A program made the translations under genes and the position numbers. A stretch of DNA of 64,000 nt from an uncultured Actinomycetes bacterium (lineage in GTDB: Bacteria > Actinomycetota > Acidimicrobiia > IMCC26256 > PALSA-555): contig CAIUKV010000008.1 of assembly GCA_903899845.1 (NCBI GenBank), forward strand, positions 12,533 to 76,532, read 5' to 3'. Position 1 is the first letter of the stretch, and every line of letters begins with the position of its first letter. This document shows positions 36,178 through 44,705 of this stretch, in pieces. The notes beneath the pieces were generated by a model. It ran no database searches, was not told where the DNA came from, and worked only from the letters and a program-made list of their open reading frames with translations.

Positions 36178-37908
36178 TCAGGCGCCGGGCAGCGCCACGG
36201 TGGCGGTGTGCACGCCGGAGCGCAGGACCGCACCCGGGCGCGCACCGGTGTCGGCGCCGGCGGCGGCGATCTCCTGCCCACCCACGAACACGTGCGCGAC
36301 GCCGAGCGGATCGGCCACCAGGCGGCGACCGCCCCCGGGGAGGTCGGTGACCGACCGGGCGGGACCGGCCGCCACCGTGGCCGGGTCGAACACGACGAGG
36401 TCGGCGACGGCACCGCCGACGATCCGGCCCCGGTCGACGAGCCCGAACTGCTCGGCGGGCACTGCGGTCATGAGGCGGATCGCGGTCTCCATCGTCACGA
36501 GTCGGCGACCACGGATGCAGTCGGCGAGGAACGCCGTGGGGTACGGGGCGGCGCACATGCGGTCGAGGTGGGCGCCGGCGTCGGAGCCGCCGATCAGGAC
36601 CCGGGGGTCCTCCCACAGCGACGCCCGGAGCCGCCAGCTGTCGTCGTCGTCGTCGGTGGGTCGGGGCCAGAGGACGGTCCGGAGCCCGTCGGCGATCACG
36701 ACGTCGCAGAGGGTGTCGAACGGGCTGGTGCCGCGCTCGGCCGCGATCTCGGCCACGGTCCGTCCGGTGCAACCGGCGTTCGCGTCGGAGAACGTCTCGC
36801 CGACCGTGTAGCCCTCCCATCCGGCCAGCCGACCGATCACGCCGGCGGCCTCCGACCGGGCCCCGGCGGCGAGCGCCCGTCGGGTCGCCGGATCGCGGAG
36901 GCGCTCGATCCGGTCCGGGACGGCCAGCGCGTAGACCTCGCCCCAGCCGGGCAGGAGCCACAGCGCGCAGAACGTGGCGAAGCTCATGTTCATCTCGCCG
37001 ATGGTCGGCATGGTGAGCGCGAGGACCCGGCCGCCGAGCTCGGCGGCGCGGTCGGAGGGCCGGAGCTGACCGGCCACCCGCTCCGGCGTGCGGGCGTCGA
37101 CGCTGAGCACGTTCCAGTTGAGCGGCCGCCGGGCCGCGACCGACATGCGGGCCATCCGTTCGACCTCGTCGTCGGAGAAGCCGTCGAGGCAGCCGCCGGT
37201 GATGTACTCGAGCACCGTCCCGGGATGGTCCCGCACCGTGGCGCACAGCGCGAGCAGCTCGTCGGTGTCGGCCGCACGTGACGGGACCGGCTGCCCGTCG
37301 CCGTCGGAATGCGTGTGCGACTGCGACGACGAGAAGCCGAGGCCCCCGGCCCGCAGCGACTCGGCGAGGAGCCGCCGCATCGCCCCGACCTCGTCGTCGG
37401 TCGCGGGGCGGCTCGACGCCTCCGGCCCCAGCACCGCGCGGCGGAGGGCACAGTGCCCGACCAGGAAGCCCGCGTTGACCGCGATCCCGCCCTCGAGGCG
37501 GTCGAGGTACTCGCCGAACGTGCGCCACGACCAGTCGACCCCGGTCTCGAGCGCCGCCAACGACATCCCCTCGACCCGAGCCATCATGCGCCGCAGGTAG
37601 TCGCCGTCGGCCGGCTCGAGCGGCGCGAGGGAGAACCCGCAGTTCCCCCCGATCACCGTGGTCACGCCGTGGCCGCTCGACGGTGACGCAAAGGGGTCCC
37701 AGCACAGCTGCGCGTCGTAGTGCGTGTGGGGGTCGATGATCCCCGGCGCGACCACGAGATCGGTGGCGTCGACGGTCCGGTGGGCCGGCTCGTCCACCGA
37801 GCCGACGGCCACGACCCGGCCCGCGCGCACGCCCACGTCGGCGACCACCCCGGGGCGGCCCGATCCGTCCACCACCACGCCACCGCGGAGCACCAGGTCG
37901 AGCATCAC
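36178..37908 (-). CDS. D-aminoacylase-like amidohydrolase (paralog of 12371..14050)
   Basis: LVLRGGVVVDGSG...VAPGIIDPHTHYDAQ...GVTTVIGGNCGFS. GTG 37908 or ATG 37905 as start. Confidence 0.85.
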   Translation of the reverse strand: MMLDLVLRGGVVVDGSGRPGVVADVGVRAGRVVAVGSVDEPAHRTVDATDLVVAPGIIDPHTHYDAQLCWDPFASPSSGHGVTTVIGGNCGFSLAPLEPADGDYLRRMMARVEGMSLAALETGVDWSWRTFGEYLDRLEGGIAVNAGFLVGHCALRRAVLGPEASSRPATDDEVGAMRRLLAESLRAGGLGFSSSQSHTHSDGDGQPVPSRAADTDELLALCATVRDHPGTVLEYITGGCLDGFSDDEVERMARMSVAARRPLNWNVLSVDARTPERVAGQLRPSDRAAELGGRVLALTMPTIGEMNMSFATFCALWLLPGWGEVYALAVPDRIERLRDPATRRALAAGARSEAAGVIGRLAGWEGYTVGETFSDANAGCTGRTVAEIAAERGTSPFDTLCDVVIADGLRTVLWPRPTDDDDDSWRLRASLWEDPRVLIGGSDAGAHLDRMCAAPYPTAFLADCIRGRRLVTMETAIRLMTAVPAEQFGLVDRGRIVGGAVADLVVFDPATVAAGPARSVTDLPGGGRRLVADPLGVAHVFVGGQEIAAAGADTGARPGAVLRSGVHTATVALPGA

Positions 37909-37991
37909 CGCACCCCCTCCCGCCGGACGCCGCCGGAGCGTAGCCAGCCCCGGCCGGGGCGGGCACCGGCACAGCGTGCTACGACATCCCG

Positions 37992-39113
37992 GTGGACTCC
38001 GCCGACACCCTCGCCGCCCTCGAGGCCGACGCGGTCGCCGCCACCGGACTCGACGACTTCGGGGACCCGACGTACCGGGAGGGACTCGCGGTGCTCGTGG
38101 GGTCGCTCGGAGAGGCGCAGCTCACCGAGCTCGGGCACGCGGCGATCCAGCAGCAGATCGGCGCCGCCCTGCGCAACCGGCTGCGGATCGTCGACTGGCA
38201 CACCACCCACCCTGCGGCCGGTGACGAGTCCGTCGTGGCACCTCTGTTCGTGGTCGGCCTGCCCCGCACCGGCACCACGCTCCTGAGCGGGCTGCTGGCC
38301 GCCGATCCCCGCCGGCGGGCGTTGCACCGGTGGGAGGCCGTCGACCCGGTGCCGCCCCCCGAGGCGTCGGCCCTGATGACCGACCCGCGCATCGCCACGG
38401 CCGAGGCCGCGTCGGGTCTGCTCGACGCGCTGAACCCCGGGTTCAAGGCCATCCACCACGAGCCCGCGGACGGGCCCACCGAGTGCGTGACGCTGCTGGC
38501 CCAGCACTTCACGTCGTTGCTGTGGGAGACCCTCGCCAACCTGCCCACCTACGGCGGCTGGCTCCTCGCCGCCGATCAGCACGCCGCCTACGCCCACCAC
38601 CGGATGGTGCTGCAGGTGCTCCAGTCGCGTGCCCCCGGACACTGGTCGTTGAAGAGCCCGCACCACGGACTCGCCCTCGACGCACTGCTCGCTCAGTACC
38701 CCGACGCGCGTGTCGTCGTCACCCACCGGGACCCGGTCCCCGTGATCGGCTCGCTGTGCAGTCTCGTCCGGTCGCTCTCGGGGACGTTCAGCGCGGCGGA
38801 CCACACGGCCTACATCCGGACGCACTGGCTCGACGTCGCTGCGGCGATCGTCGAGCGCACCGCCGCCGCCCGGGCCCGACACCCGACGGTCGCGTTCCTC
38901 GACGTGGAGTACGACCGGCTCGTCGCCGACCCGATCGGGGTCGTCCGCGAGATCGGGGCCTTCGACGGGACGGCCCTCACCGCGGCGGTCGAGGAGCGGA
39001 TGCGCGCCTACCTCGCCACCCACGCGGCCGATCGGTTCGGGCGGCACGAGTACTCGCTCGCGGAGTTCGCCCTGCACCCCGACGAAGTGCGCGAACGGCT
39101 CGCCGGCGCGTGA
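37992..39113 (+). CDS. Sulfotransferase family protein
   Basis: FVVGLPRTGTTLLSGLL (PAPS 5'-phosphosulfate-binding loop), and later VVVTHRDPV. Confidence 0.8.
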   Translation: MDSADTLAALEADAVAATGLDDFGDPTYREGLAVLVGSLGEAQLTELGHAAIQQQIGAALRNRLRIVDWHTTHPAAGDESVVAPLFVVGLPRTGTTLLSGLLAADPRRRALHRWEAVDPVPPPEASALMTDPRIATAEAASGLLDALNPGFKAIHHEPADGPTECVTLLAQHFTSLLWETLANLPTYGGWLLAADQHAAYAHHRMVLQVLQSRAPGHWSLKSPHHGLALDALLAQYPDARVVVTHRDPVPVIGSLCSLVRSLSGTFSAADHTAYIRTHWLDVAAAIVERTAAARARHPTVAFLDVEYDRLVADPIGVVREIGAFDGTALTAAVEERMRAYLATHAADRFGRHEYSLAEFALHPDEVRERLAGA

Positions 39114-39190
39114 CCCGGGCCCGGACGACGAGCCGGGACGACGGCCTCCCGTTCGCTACGGTGCACCGACCGCCCCCGACAGGACCCCAC

Positions 39191-40357
39191 GTGCTCCGGA
39201 ACCCACTCGTCGCCCTGATCCGCCGCTCGGGGCACTACCGACTCCTCATCTCGGGGTTCGTGCTCCGCATGACCGGGGCCTACGCCGCCACCCTGGCCGG
39301 GGTCTGGGGCGCCTGGCGCTACGGGAGCCCGACGCGTGCCGCCTGGTTCGTCGCCTGCCTGAGCGTCGCCAGCGCCCTCGGAGCCCTGTGGGTCGGGCAC
39401 CGCCACGACCGCGGCTCCGCCGGGGTGGTCGTCCGCGCCTCCGGGGTGGTCGAGGCGGTCGCAGTGACGGTGCTGGCGCTGGCGGGCACCCGGGCCGTCC
39501 CCGAGGTGGTCCTGCTCGGGGCCGGCGCCGCGGCCGGCATCACCCGGGCCGTCTGGTCGGCCGCGGTGACCCCGGCCCTCGCCGACGCCGCCGGCGACGA
39601 CCGCGCCGTGGGTGCGTTCGGGGTGGGCTGGGCCTTCGACATCGGCAAGCTGGTGGGCGCGGTCCTGGTCGCGGTGATCCTGCTCGCCCCCGCGACCTTC
39701 GCGCTCGTGCCCGCGACGGTGCTGATGGGCACGGTGATGTTCACCCGACGGGGTCTGCGTCCGGTGGAGATCGTCGACACCCCCGACCGACCCGTGGTGG
39801 CCGAGTCCGCGGTCTGGCGCAGCATCGGCATGATGTCCGTCGCGTCCCTGTGCCTCTACCAGCAGGACCTCCTGTTCCGCGTCGCGATCGACCGTCCGGT
39901 GATGTACGCGGTCGCCGCCGGCTCGTTCGCGGTCGGCGCCATCGTGGCGACCGGTCAGCTGGCCTGGAACGCGCTGCGGCACCTGCCCACCCGCACCGGG
40001 ATGATCCTGTCGCTGGTCGCCTGCGCCGCCGGGACGACCGGGCTCCTCGTGGGCCACGACCTCCTCGTCACCGTGAGCGCCTTCGTCACCGGGTGGGGCT
40101 GCGCGTTCGGGATCCAGGGGTGCCGCCCACTCTTCGCCTGGGCGCCGCGCCCGGGAGTGGCGTCGGGCATGTCGATCGCCCTCATGACCGTGGCCACCGC
40201 CATCGGCGCGCCCGTCGTGGTCGAGGTGCTCCCCCACGCCGTGCCCGCCGCCGTGCTCATCGGCGCAACCCTCGTGGGCTCGTCGCTGCTCGCGCCCGAC
40301 GTGGGTGCGGCGGTGTCGGCCGGGGCGAACCGGCGCCGGACCGGCACCGGGACCTGA
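39191..40357 (+). CDS. Polytopic membrane protein, MFS-like
   Basis: GTG 39191 within ORF 38330..40357. About 10-12 hydrophobic helices. No strong family motif seen. Confidence 0.55.
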   Translation: MLRNPLVALIRRSGHYRLLISGFVLRMTGAYAATLAGVWGAWRYGSPTRAAWFVACLSVASALGALWVGHRHDRGSAGVVVRASGVVEAVAVTVLALAGTRAVPEVVLLGAGAAAGITRAVWSAAVTPALADAAGDDRAVGAFGVGWAFDIGKLVGAVLVAVILLAPATFALVPATVLMGTVMFTRRGLRPVEIVDTPDRPVVAESAVWRSIGMMSVASLCLYQQDLLFRVAIDRPVMYAVAAGSFAVGAIVATGQLAWNALRHLPTRTGMILSLVACAAGTTGLLVGHDLLVTVSAFVTGWGCAFGIQGCRPLFAWAPRPGVASGMSIALMTVATAIGAPVVVEVLPHAVPAAVLIGATLVGSSLLAPDVGAAVSAGANRRRTGTGT

Positions 40358-40371
40358 CCCGGCCGCCGGGA

Positions 40372-41808
40372 CTAGTCCCGGGCCATGTCGGCGAACTTGG
40401 TGAGGTGCTCGAGGAAGGCCAGCCGGGTCATGCCGGTGGGCCCGTTCCGGTGCTTGGCCACGATGATCTCCGCGGTGCCGCGCTGGTCCGACTCGGGGTT
40501 GTAGATCTCGTCGCGGTACAGGAAGACCACGACGTCGGCGTCCTGCTCGAGCGACCCCGACTCCCGCAGGTCGGCGAGCATCGGCCGCTTGTCGGCGCGG
40601 TACTCGAGCTGACGGTTCAGCTGCGACAGCGCGACGACCGGGCACTCGAGCTCACGGGCGAGGATCTTGAGTCCCCGCGAGATCTCGGCCACCTCGACCT
40701 GGCGGTTCTCGCCCCGCTTGCCCGACGGCTGCATGAGCTGGAGGTAGTCGACGACGATCAGGCCGAGGTCGCCGTTGCGCGCCTTCATGCGCCGGGCCTT
40801 GGCCCGCATCTCCATCACGGTGCAGTGCGGGTTGTCGTCGATGAACAGCGGTGCCTCGGCCAGGCGCCCGACCCCGTGGGACAGGCGGGTCCACTCCGCC
40901 TCGTTGATCTGGCCGGTCTGGAGCTTGCGGGCGTCGACCCGGGCCTCGGCGGCCAGGAGCCGCTTCGTGAGCTCGAGCGTGCCCATCTCCATCGAGAAGA
41001 AGATCACCGGGCGGTTGGCCACCATCGCGACGTTGGCCGCGGCGCCCAGCGCGAAGGCGGTCTTGCCCGCCGCGGGCCGGGCCGCGACGACGTTGAGGGT
41101 GGACGGCTGGAGACCCAGGAGGAGGTCGTCGAGGTCGGAGTAGCCCGTGGGGACTCCGGTGATGCGCTCGGTCTGGCCGTAGATGCGCTCGAGCTGGTCG
41201 AGGGTCTGCTGCAACGCGGCGGAGACGTCGACCATCGACTCGGAGACCCGCCGTTCGGCAACCTCGAACACCATCGACTCGGCCCGGTCGAGCGTCTCGG
41301 CGACCTCGGTCGAGTCGTCATAGCCCATCTCGGCGATGTCGGACGCGACGCCGATCAGCCGCCGGAGCAGCGCGAGCTCGTTGACGATCTTCGCGTAGTG
41401 GCCGGCGTTGGCCGACGCCGGGGTCTCGGCCTGGAGGCGCAGGAGGGTCGCACGCCCGCCCACGAGGTCGAGCAGGTCGGACCGCCGCAGCTCGTCGGCG
41501 ACGGTGACCGGGTCGACCGGCTCCCCGACGCTGTAGAGGGCGATGACCGCGTCGTAGATGTGCGCGTGGGCCGGCTTGTAGAAGTCGGACGTCTCGACCC
41601 GGGCCTCGGTCGCCGCGCTGATGGCGTCGCGCGAGAGCAGCATCGCCCCGAGGAGGGACTCCTCGGCCTCGAGGTTGTGCGGGGGCACCCGACCGCGCTG
41701 ACCGCGCCGGACCTCGTCGATCGACTGCACCACCGGTCTGCTCGCCCCCTCGGCCCCGCGGGCCGTGTCCGTCGCCGGCGGCGGCCCGGTGGCCGCCGCT
41801 CCGCTCAC
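40372..41808 (-). CDS. dnaB: Replicative DNA helicase DnaB (no intein)
   Basis: PPHNLEAEESLLGAMLL, AARPAAGKTAFAL (Walker A), IVVDYLQLM, ALSQLNR. The start is uncertain: GTG 41808, or GTG 41733/41730. The ORF-track start at 42009 is rejected. Confidence 0.9.
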   Translation of the reverse strand: MSGAAATGPPPATDTARGAEGASRPVVQSIDEVRRGQRGRVPPHNLEAEESLLGAMLLSRDAISAATEARVETSDFYKPAHAHIYDAVIALYSVGEPVDPVTVADELRRSDLLDLVGGRATLLRLQAETPASANAGHYAKIVNELALLRRLIGVASDIAEMGYDDSTEVAETLDRAESMVFEVAERRVSESMVDVSAALQQTLDQLERIYGQTERITGVPTGYSDLDDLLLGLQPSTLNVVAARPAAGKTAFALGAAANVAMVANRPVIFFSMEMGTLELTKRLLAAEARVDARKLQTGQINEAEWTRLSHGVGRLAEAPLFIDDNPHCTVMEMRAKARRMKARNGDLGLIVVDYLQLMQPSGKRGENRQVEVAEISRGLKILARELECPVVALSQLNRQLEYRADKRPMLADLRESGSLEQDADVVVFLYRDEIYNPESDQRGTAEIIVAKHRNGPTGMTRLAFLEHLTKFADMARD

Positions 41809-41828
41809 GGTCCGGACCCCCGGTCCGG

Positions 41829-41984
41829 TGTGGCCGCAGTTGTACGACGGACGGCCTGTGGAACGGAAGGGGAACACCCCGGAACTTGTCCACAGATTGT
41901 GGACCCAGCCTCGGGAAAACCGGGGCTTCGCTTGTGCACGGCGGGGTTCCGCCGTCCACAGGGCCGGGGCCAGGGTGTGGACAG
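41829..41984. promoter_or_regulatory. Cluster of DnaA-box-like 9-mers (TTGTCCACA type) between rplI and dnaB
   Basis: TTGTCCACA at 41886-41894. Complement-strand GGGTCCACA at 41898-41906. CCGTCCACA at 41952-41960. Complement CTGTCCACA at 41976-41984. Weaker boxes: complement CGTTCCACA at 41857-41865, TTGTGCACG at 41932-41940, complement GCGGCCACA at 41829-41837. Confidence 0.6.
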
Positions 41985-42069
41985 GGTGGGCACCCGCCCA
42001 CCCTCTCATCGGGGTGGGACAGGCACGATCGCGGCCCCCGAACCCCTGACCAGGCCCGACGCGCCGCCG

Positions 42070-42088
42070 CCCCGGTCCGGGACCGGGG
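42070..42088 (-). terminator. GC-rich palindrome CCCCGGTCCGGGACCGGGG downstream of rplI (candidate intrinsic terminator, no U-tract)
   Basis: Read directly, 74 nt after the rplI stop on the minus strand. Confidence 0.35.
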
Positions 42089-42161
42089 CGGGTGCGACGG
42101 GTCGGCCGGGCGGAGCCGGCGCCCCGGGCGGGACGGGCCGCCCGGGCGGGACGGTCGGGGG

Positions 42162-42608
42162 TCAGCCGGCGACGACGGCGACGGTGACGGTCGCCGTGAC
42201 CTCCGGGTGGAGCTGCACCGGGACCTCCACGTCGCCGAGCTCCTTGAGGGGCTCGGCGAGGGCGATCCGGCGGCGGTCGACCGTGAGGCCGTGGCGGGCC
42301 AGGAGGGCCTCGGCGATGTCGGCCGAGGTGACCGAGCCGAAGAGCTTGCCGCCCTCCCCGGCCCGGGCCGTGATCTCGAGCCGGGCGCCGGCGAGGGTCG
42401 CGGCCGCGCGCTGGGCCCCCTCGCGCTCACGTGCGTCGCGGGCGGCGCGGTTGCGGCGCATCGCCTCCGCCTGGGCGACGACGCCCTTGGTCGCCTTCAT
42501 CGCGAGCCCGCGGGGCACCAGGTAGTTGCGGGCGTAGCCGTCGGCCACGTCCACCACGTCGCCCTTGCGCCCGAGGTTCTCCACGTCGTCTCGCAGCACG
42601 ATCTTCAT
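42162..42608 (-). CDS. rplI: 50S ribosomal protein L9
   Basis: [39 protein letters not shown] 42608 overlaps the rpsR stop by 1 nt. Confidence 0.95.
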   Translation of the reverse strand: MKIVLRDDVENLGRKGDVVDVADGYARNYLVPRGLAMKATKGVVAQAEAMRRNRAARDAREREGAQRAAATLAGARLEITARAGEGGKLFGSVTSADIAEALLARHGLTVDRRRIALAEPLKELGDVEVPVQLHPEVTATVTVAVVAG

Positions 42609-43027
42609 CACGCGTCCTCCGCCTCGGTCGCCGTGTCGACGCCGACCTCGAGCGCCTCGGTCGGGATCTCCACCTCGGCGCCCTCGCTGCCCTCGGCCCG
42701 GGTCGGCGCCGCGGCCTCGGGCGCGCCCTCGCGCTCGGGCCGGTCGGTCCGCCGCTTGCTGCGGTGGGTCACCTGCCGGACGCTGTAGGGGAGCAGCGCC
42801 ATCTCGCGGGCCACCCGGATCGCCCGGGCGATCTCGCGCTGCTGCTGGGTGTCGTTGCCCGTGACCCGACGGGCCCGGATCTTGGCCCGCTCCGACATGA
42901 AGCGGCGCAGGAGGTTGACGTCCTTGTAGTCGACGTAGGTGATCTGCTCGCTGTCGAGGATCGACACGCGCTTCTTGGGCTTGCGCTCGACGCGGTCGTC
43001 GCGGCGGCGCGGGCGGGGTCGGGCCAT
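42608..43027 (-). CDS. rpsR: 30S ribosomal protein S18 with an acidic C-terminal extension of about 55 aa
   Basis: [51 protein letters not shown] core, followed by an Ala/Glu/Pro-rich tail. Confidence 0.9.
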   Translation of the reverse strand: MARPRPRRRDDRVERKPKKRVSILDSEQITYVDYKDVNLLRRFMSERAKIRARRVTGNDTQQQREIARAIRVAREMALLPYSVRQVTHRSKRRTDRPEREGAPEAAAPTRAEGSEGAEVEIPTEALEVGVDTATEAEDA

Positions 43028-43108
43028 GGTGGGGATCTCCTCATCGCCAGTCGGGGCCGGCAGTGCGTGGGGCCGAGCAGGACGGCGTCGCCGTCCGGGG
43101 GACAGGAC

Positions 43109-43606
43109 TCAGAACGGCTCTTCGCCGAAGTCGTCGTAGCTGGGGGGCGGGGGCCCACCGGACGAGCCACCGGACGAGCCGCCCGCCGGGCGCCCGCCAC
43201 CGGAGCCGCCCTGGCCGCCGCCACCGCCACCGCCGAAGCCGTCGCGGCGCTCGTTGCGGGTGATGGCGGCGGTGGCCCAGCGCAGGCTGGGGCCGACCTC
43301 GTCGGCGGCGATCTCGACGACCGTGCGCTTCTCGCCGTTCTCGGTCTCCCAGCTGCGCTGCTCGAGGCGACCGGTCACGACGACCCGGGTGCCCTTCGAC
43401 ACCGACTCGGCGACGTTCTCGGCCATCTCCCGCCAGCACACGACGTTGAAGAAGCTCACGCGCTCCTCCCACTCGTTGGTCTGGCGGTTCATCCAGCGCC
43501 GGTTCACGGCGACGCCGAACGTGGCGTTCGGCTGTCCGCCGGCGGTGTAGCGGATCTCGGGATCGCGAGTGACGTTGCCCACGATCGTGACGGTGTTGTC
43601 GGCCAT
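43109..43606 (-). CDS. ssb: Single-stranded DNA-binding protein
   Basis: OB-fold N domain (VTIVGNVTRDPEIRYT), a Gly-rich linker, and the acidic tip DDFGEEPF. Confidence 0.95.
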   Translation of the reverse strand: MADNTVTIVGNVTRDPEIRYTAGGQPNATFGVAVNRRWMNRQTNEWEERVSFFNVVCWREMAENVAESVSKGTRVVVTGRLEQRSWETENGEKRTVVEIAADEVGPSLRWATAAITRNERRDGFGGGGGGGQGGSGGGRPAGGSSGGSSGGPPPPSYDDFGEEPF

Positions 43607-43644
43607 CTGCAGTCTCCTGTTCGCTGCCCGGGCGGGACCCGGGG

Positions 43645-43983
43645 TCAGGCCTCCGCCGGAGCCGGGGAACCCGCGGTCTTCGGCGGCCCGTAGGCCACCT
43701 CGGGGATCCGCAGCACCTTGTGGCGCAGGACCTCGTCGGCGAGGGCGAGCGTCCGGTTCAGTTCGTCCATCGCGGCCGGCTCGGCCCGGGCCTGGAAGAC
43801 CACGTAGTAGCCCTCCCAGCGGTGCTTGAGCCGGTACGCGAACCGACGCTTCCCCCAGAAGTCGACGTAGCCGAGCTCGGCACCCTTGGACTTGATCAGC
43901 CCGGTGGCTCGCTCGACCGCGGCGCGGACGTCGCTGTCCTCGAGTTCCGCGTCGAAGATGACCATCACTTCGTACGGCCGCAT
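43645..43983 (-). CDS. rpsF: 30S ribosomal protein S6
   Basis: MRPYEVMVIFDAELED...WGKRRFAYRLKHRWEGYYVV. I set the start at ATG 43983 within ORF 43645..44637. Confidence 0.95.
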   Translation of the reverse strand: MRPYEVMVIFDAELEDSDVRAAVERATGLIKSKGAELGYVDFWGKRRFAYRLKHRWEGYYVVFQARAEPAAMDELNRTLALADEVLRHKVLRIPEVAYGPPKTAGSPAPAEA

Positions 43984-44192
43984 CGGCCGGTACCTCCTTC
44001 GGACCACGGGCGCCGAACGGGCCCGGGGCTCCCTCCGGACCACCGGGGACCGGGGCCGCAGGGAGCAGGACTTCACTTGTGGACCGGTGAGGCTATCAGC
44101 ATCCCCCCGGGAGGTCCCGGGGCGGGCCGGTCGACCCACCGGCGGTCGGACGACGCGGACGACCGGGACCGGTGGGCCCTGGCCCCGTGACG

Positions 44193-44705
44193 TCAGCGGG
44201 CGACGAGGCGCAGGTCGCCCGGCGGCATCGCCCCGGCCGCGGTCTCCAGCGCGAACCGGTACGGGCGGGGCGGGAGGTAGCCGGGACAGGTGGCGTCGTC
44301 GCCGGCGCAGGGCGCCATCGCGAGGTCGCCGATCCGACGACCCGCGCCGTCGAAGAGGGCGAGGTCGAGGGGTGCGGGCACCCCGGCCATCGTGAACCCG
44401 GTCGTCGCGTCGGCAGGGAAGACGAAGAGCATGCCGTCGTACGGAGCGGCGTCGACCCGACCCCGCAGGCCCTCGACCCGCTCGTCGAGGTCGTCGGCGA
44501 CCACCACCCGCAGGGTCCGGTCGCCCACGACGACCTCGGCCTCGGTGAGACCGGTGAAGGGCGCCTGCGCCGGACCCGACCCGATCGCGGCCACCGGGGC
44601 GGGACCGTTCGCACGCGGCGCGCCGACGAGCGCCCACCCGACCAGTGCGACGCCGGCGAGCAGGAGCACCGCGCCGCCCACGGTGAGGGCGCGGACGGGG
44701 TTCAC
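44193..44705 (-). CDS. DUF192 domain protein with an N-terminal membrane anchor
   Basis: GTG 44705 overlaps the panB stop (GTGA). An anchor helix, then RVVVADDLDERVEGLRGR...DGMLFVF...GFTMAGVPAPLDLALFD. Confidence 0.7.
   Translation of the reverse strand: MNPVRALTVGGAVLLLAGVALVGWALVGAPRANGPAPVAAIGSGPAQAPFTGLTEAEVVVGDRTLRVVVADDLDERVEGLRGRVDAAPYDGMLFVFPADATTGFTMAGVPAPLDLALFDGAGRRIGDLAMAPCAGDDATCPGYLPPRPYRFALETAAGAMPPGDLRLVAR

Noticed and set aside
41829-41984. Possibility that the DnaA-box cluster is the chromosomal origin itself
   Set aside because: There is no AT-rich unwinding element, and neither dnaA nor dnaN is adjacent. The yidD-yidC-jag-rsmG-parAB block at the right edge predicts the canonical oriC beyond 64 kb. 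I kept it as a finding, but as a secondary DnaA-binding locus or dnaB regulatory region.
42123-42154. 14-bp direct repeat cccgggcgggacgg x2 downstream of rplI
   Set aside because: It is low-complexity GC-rich sequence in a spacer with no evident symmetry or partner feature. It is probably compositional.
44187-44194. TGACGTCA 8-bp palindrome, possibly related to the CTGACG/CGTCAG operator candidates
   Set aside because: It has zero spacer, overlaps the stop codon of the DUF192 gene, and is not in a promoter position. It is short enough to occur by chance.
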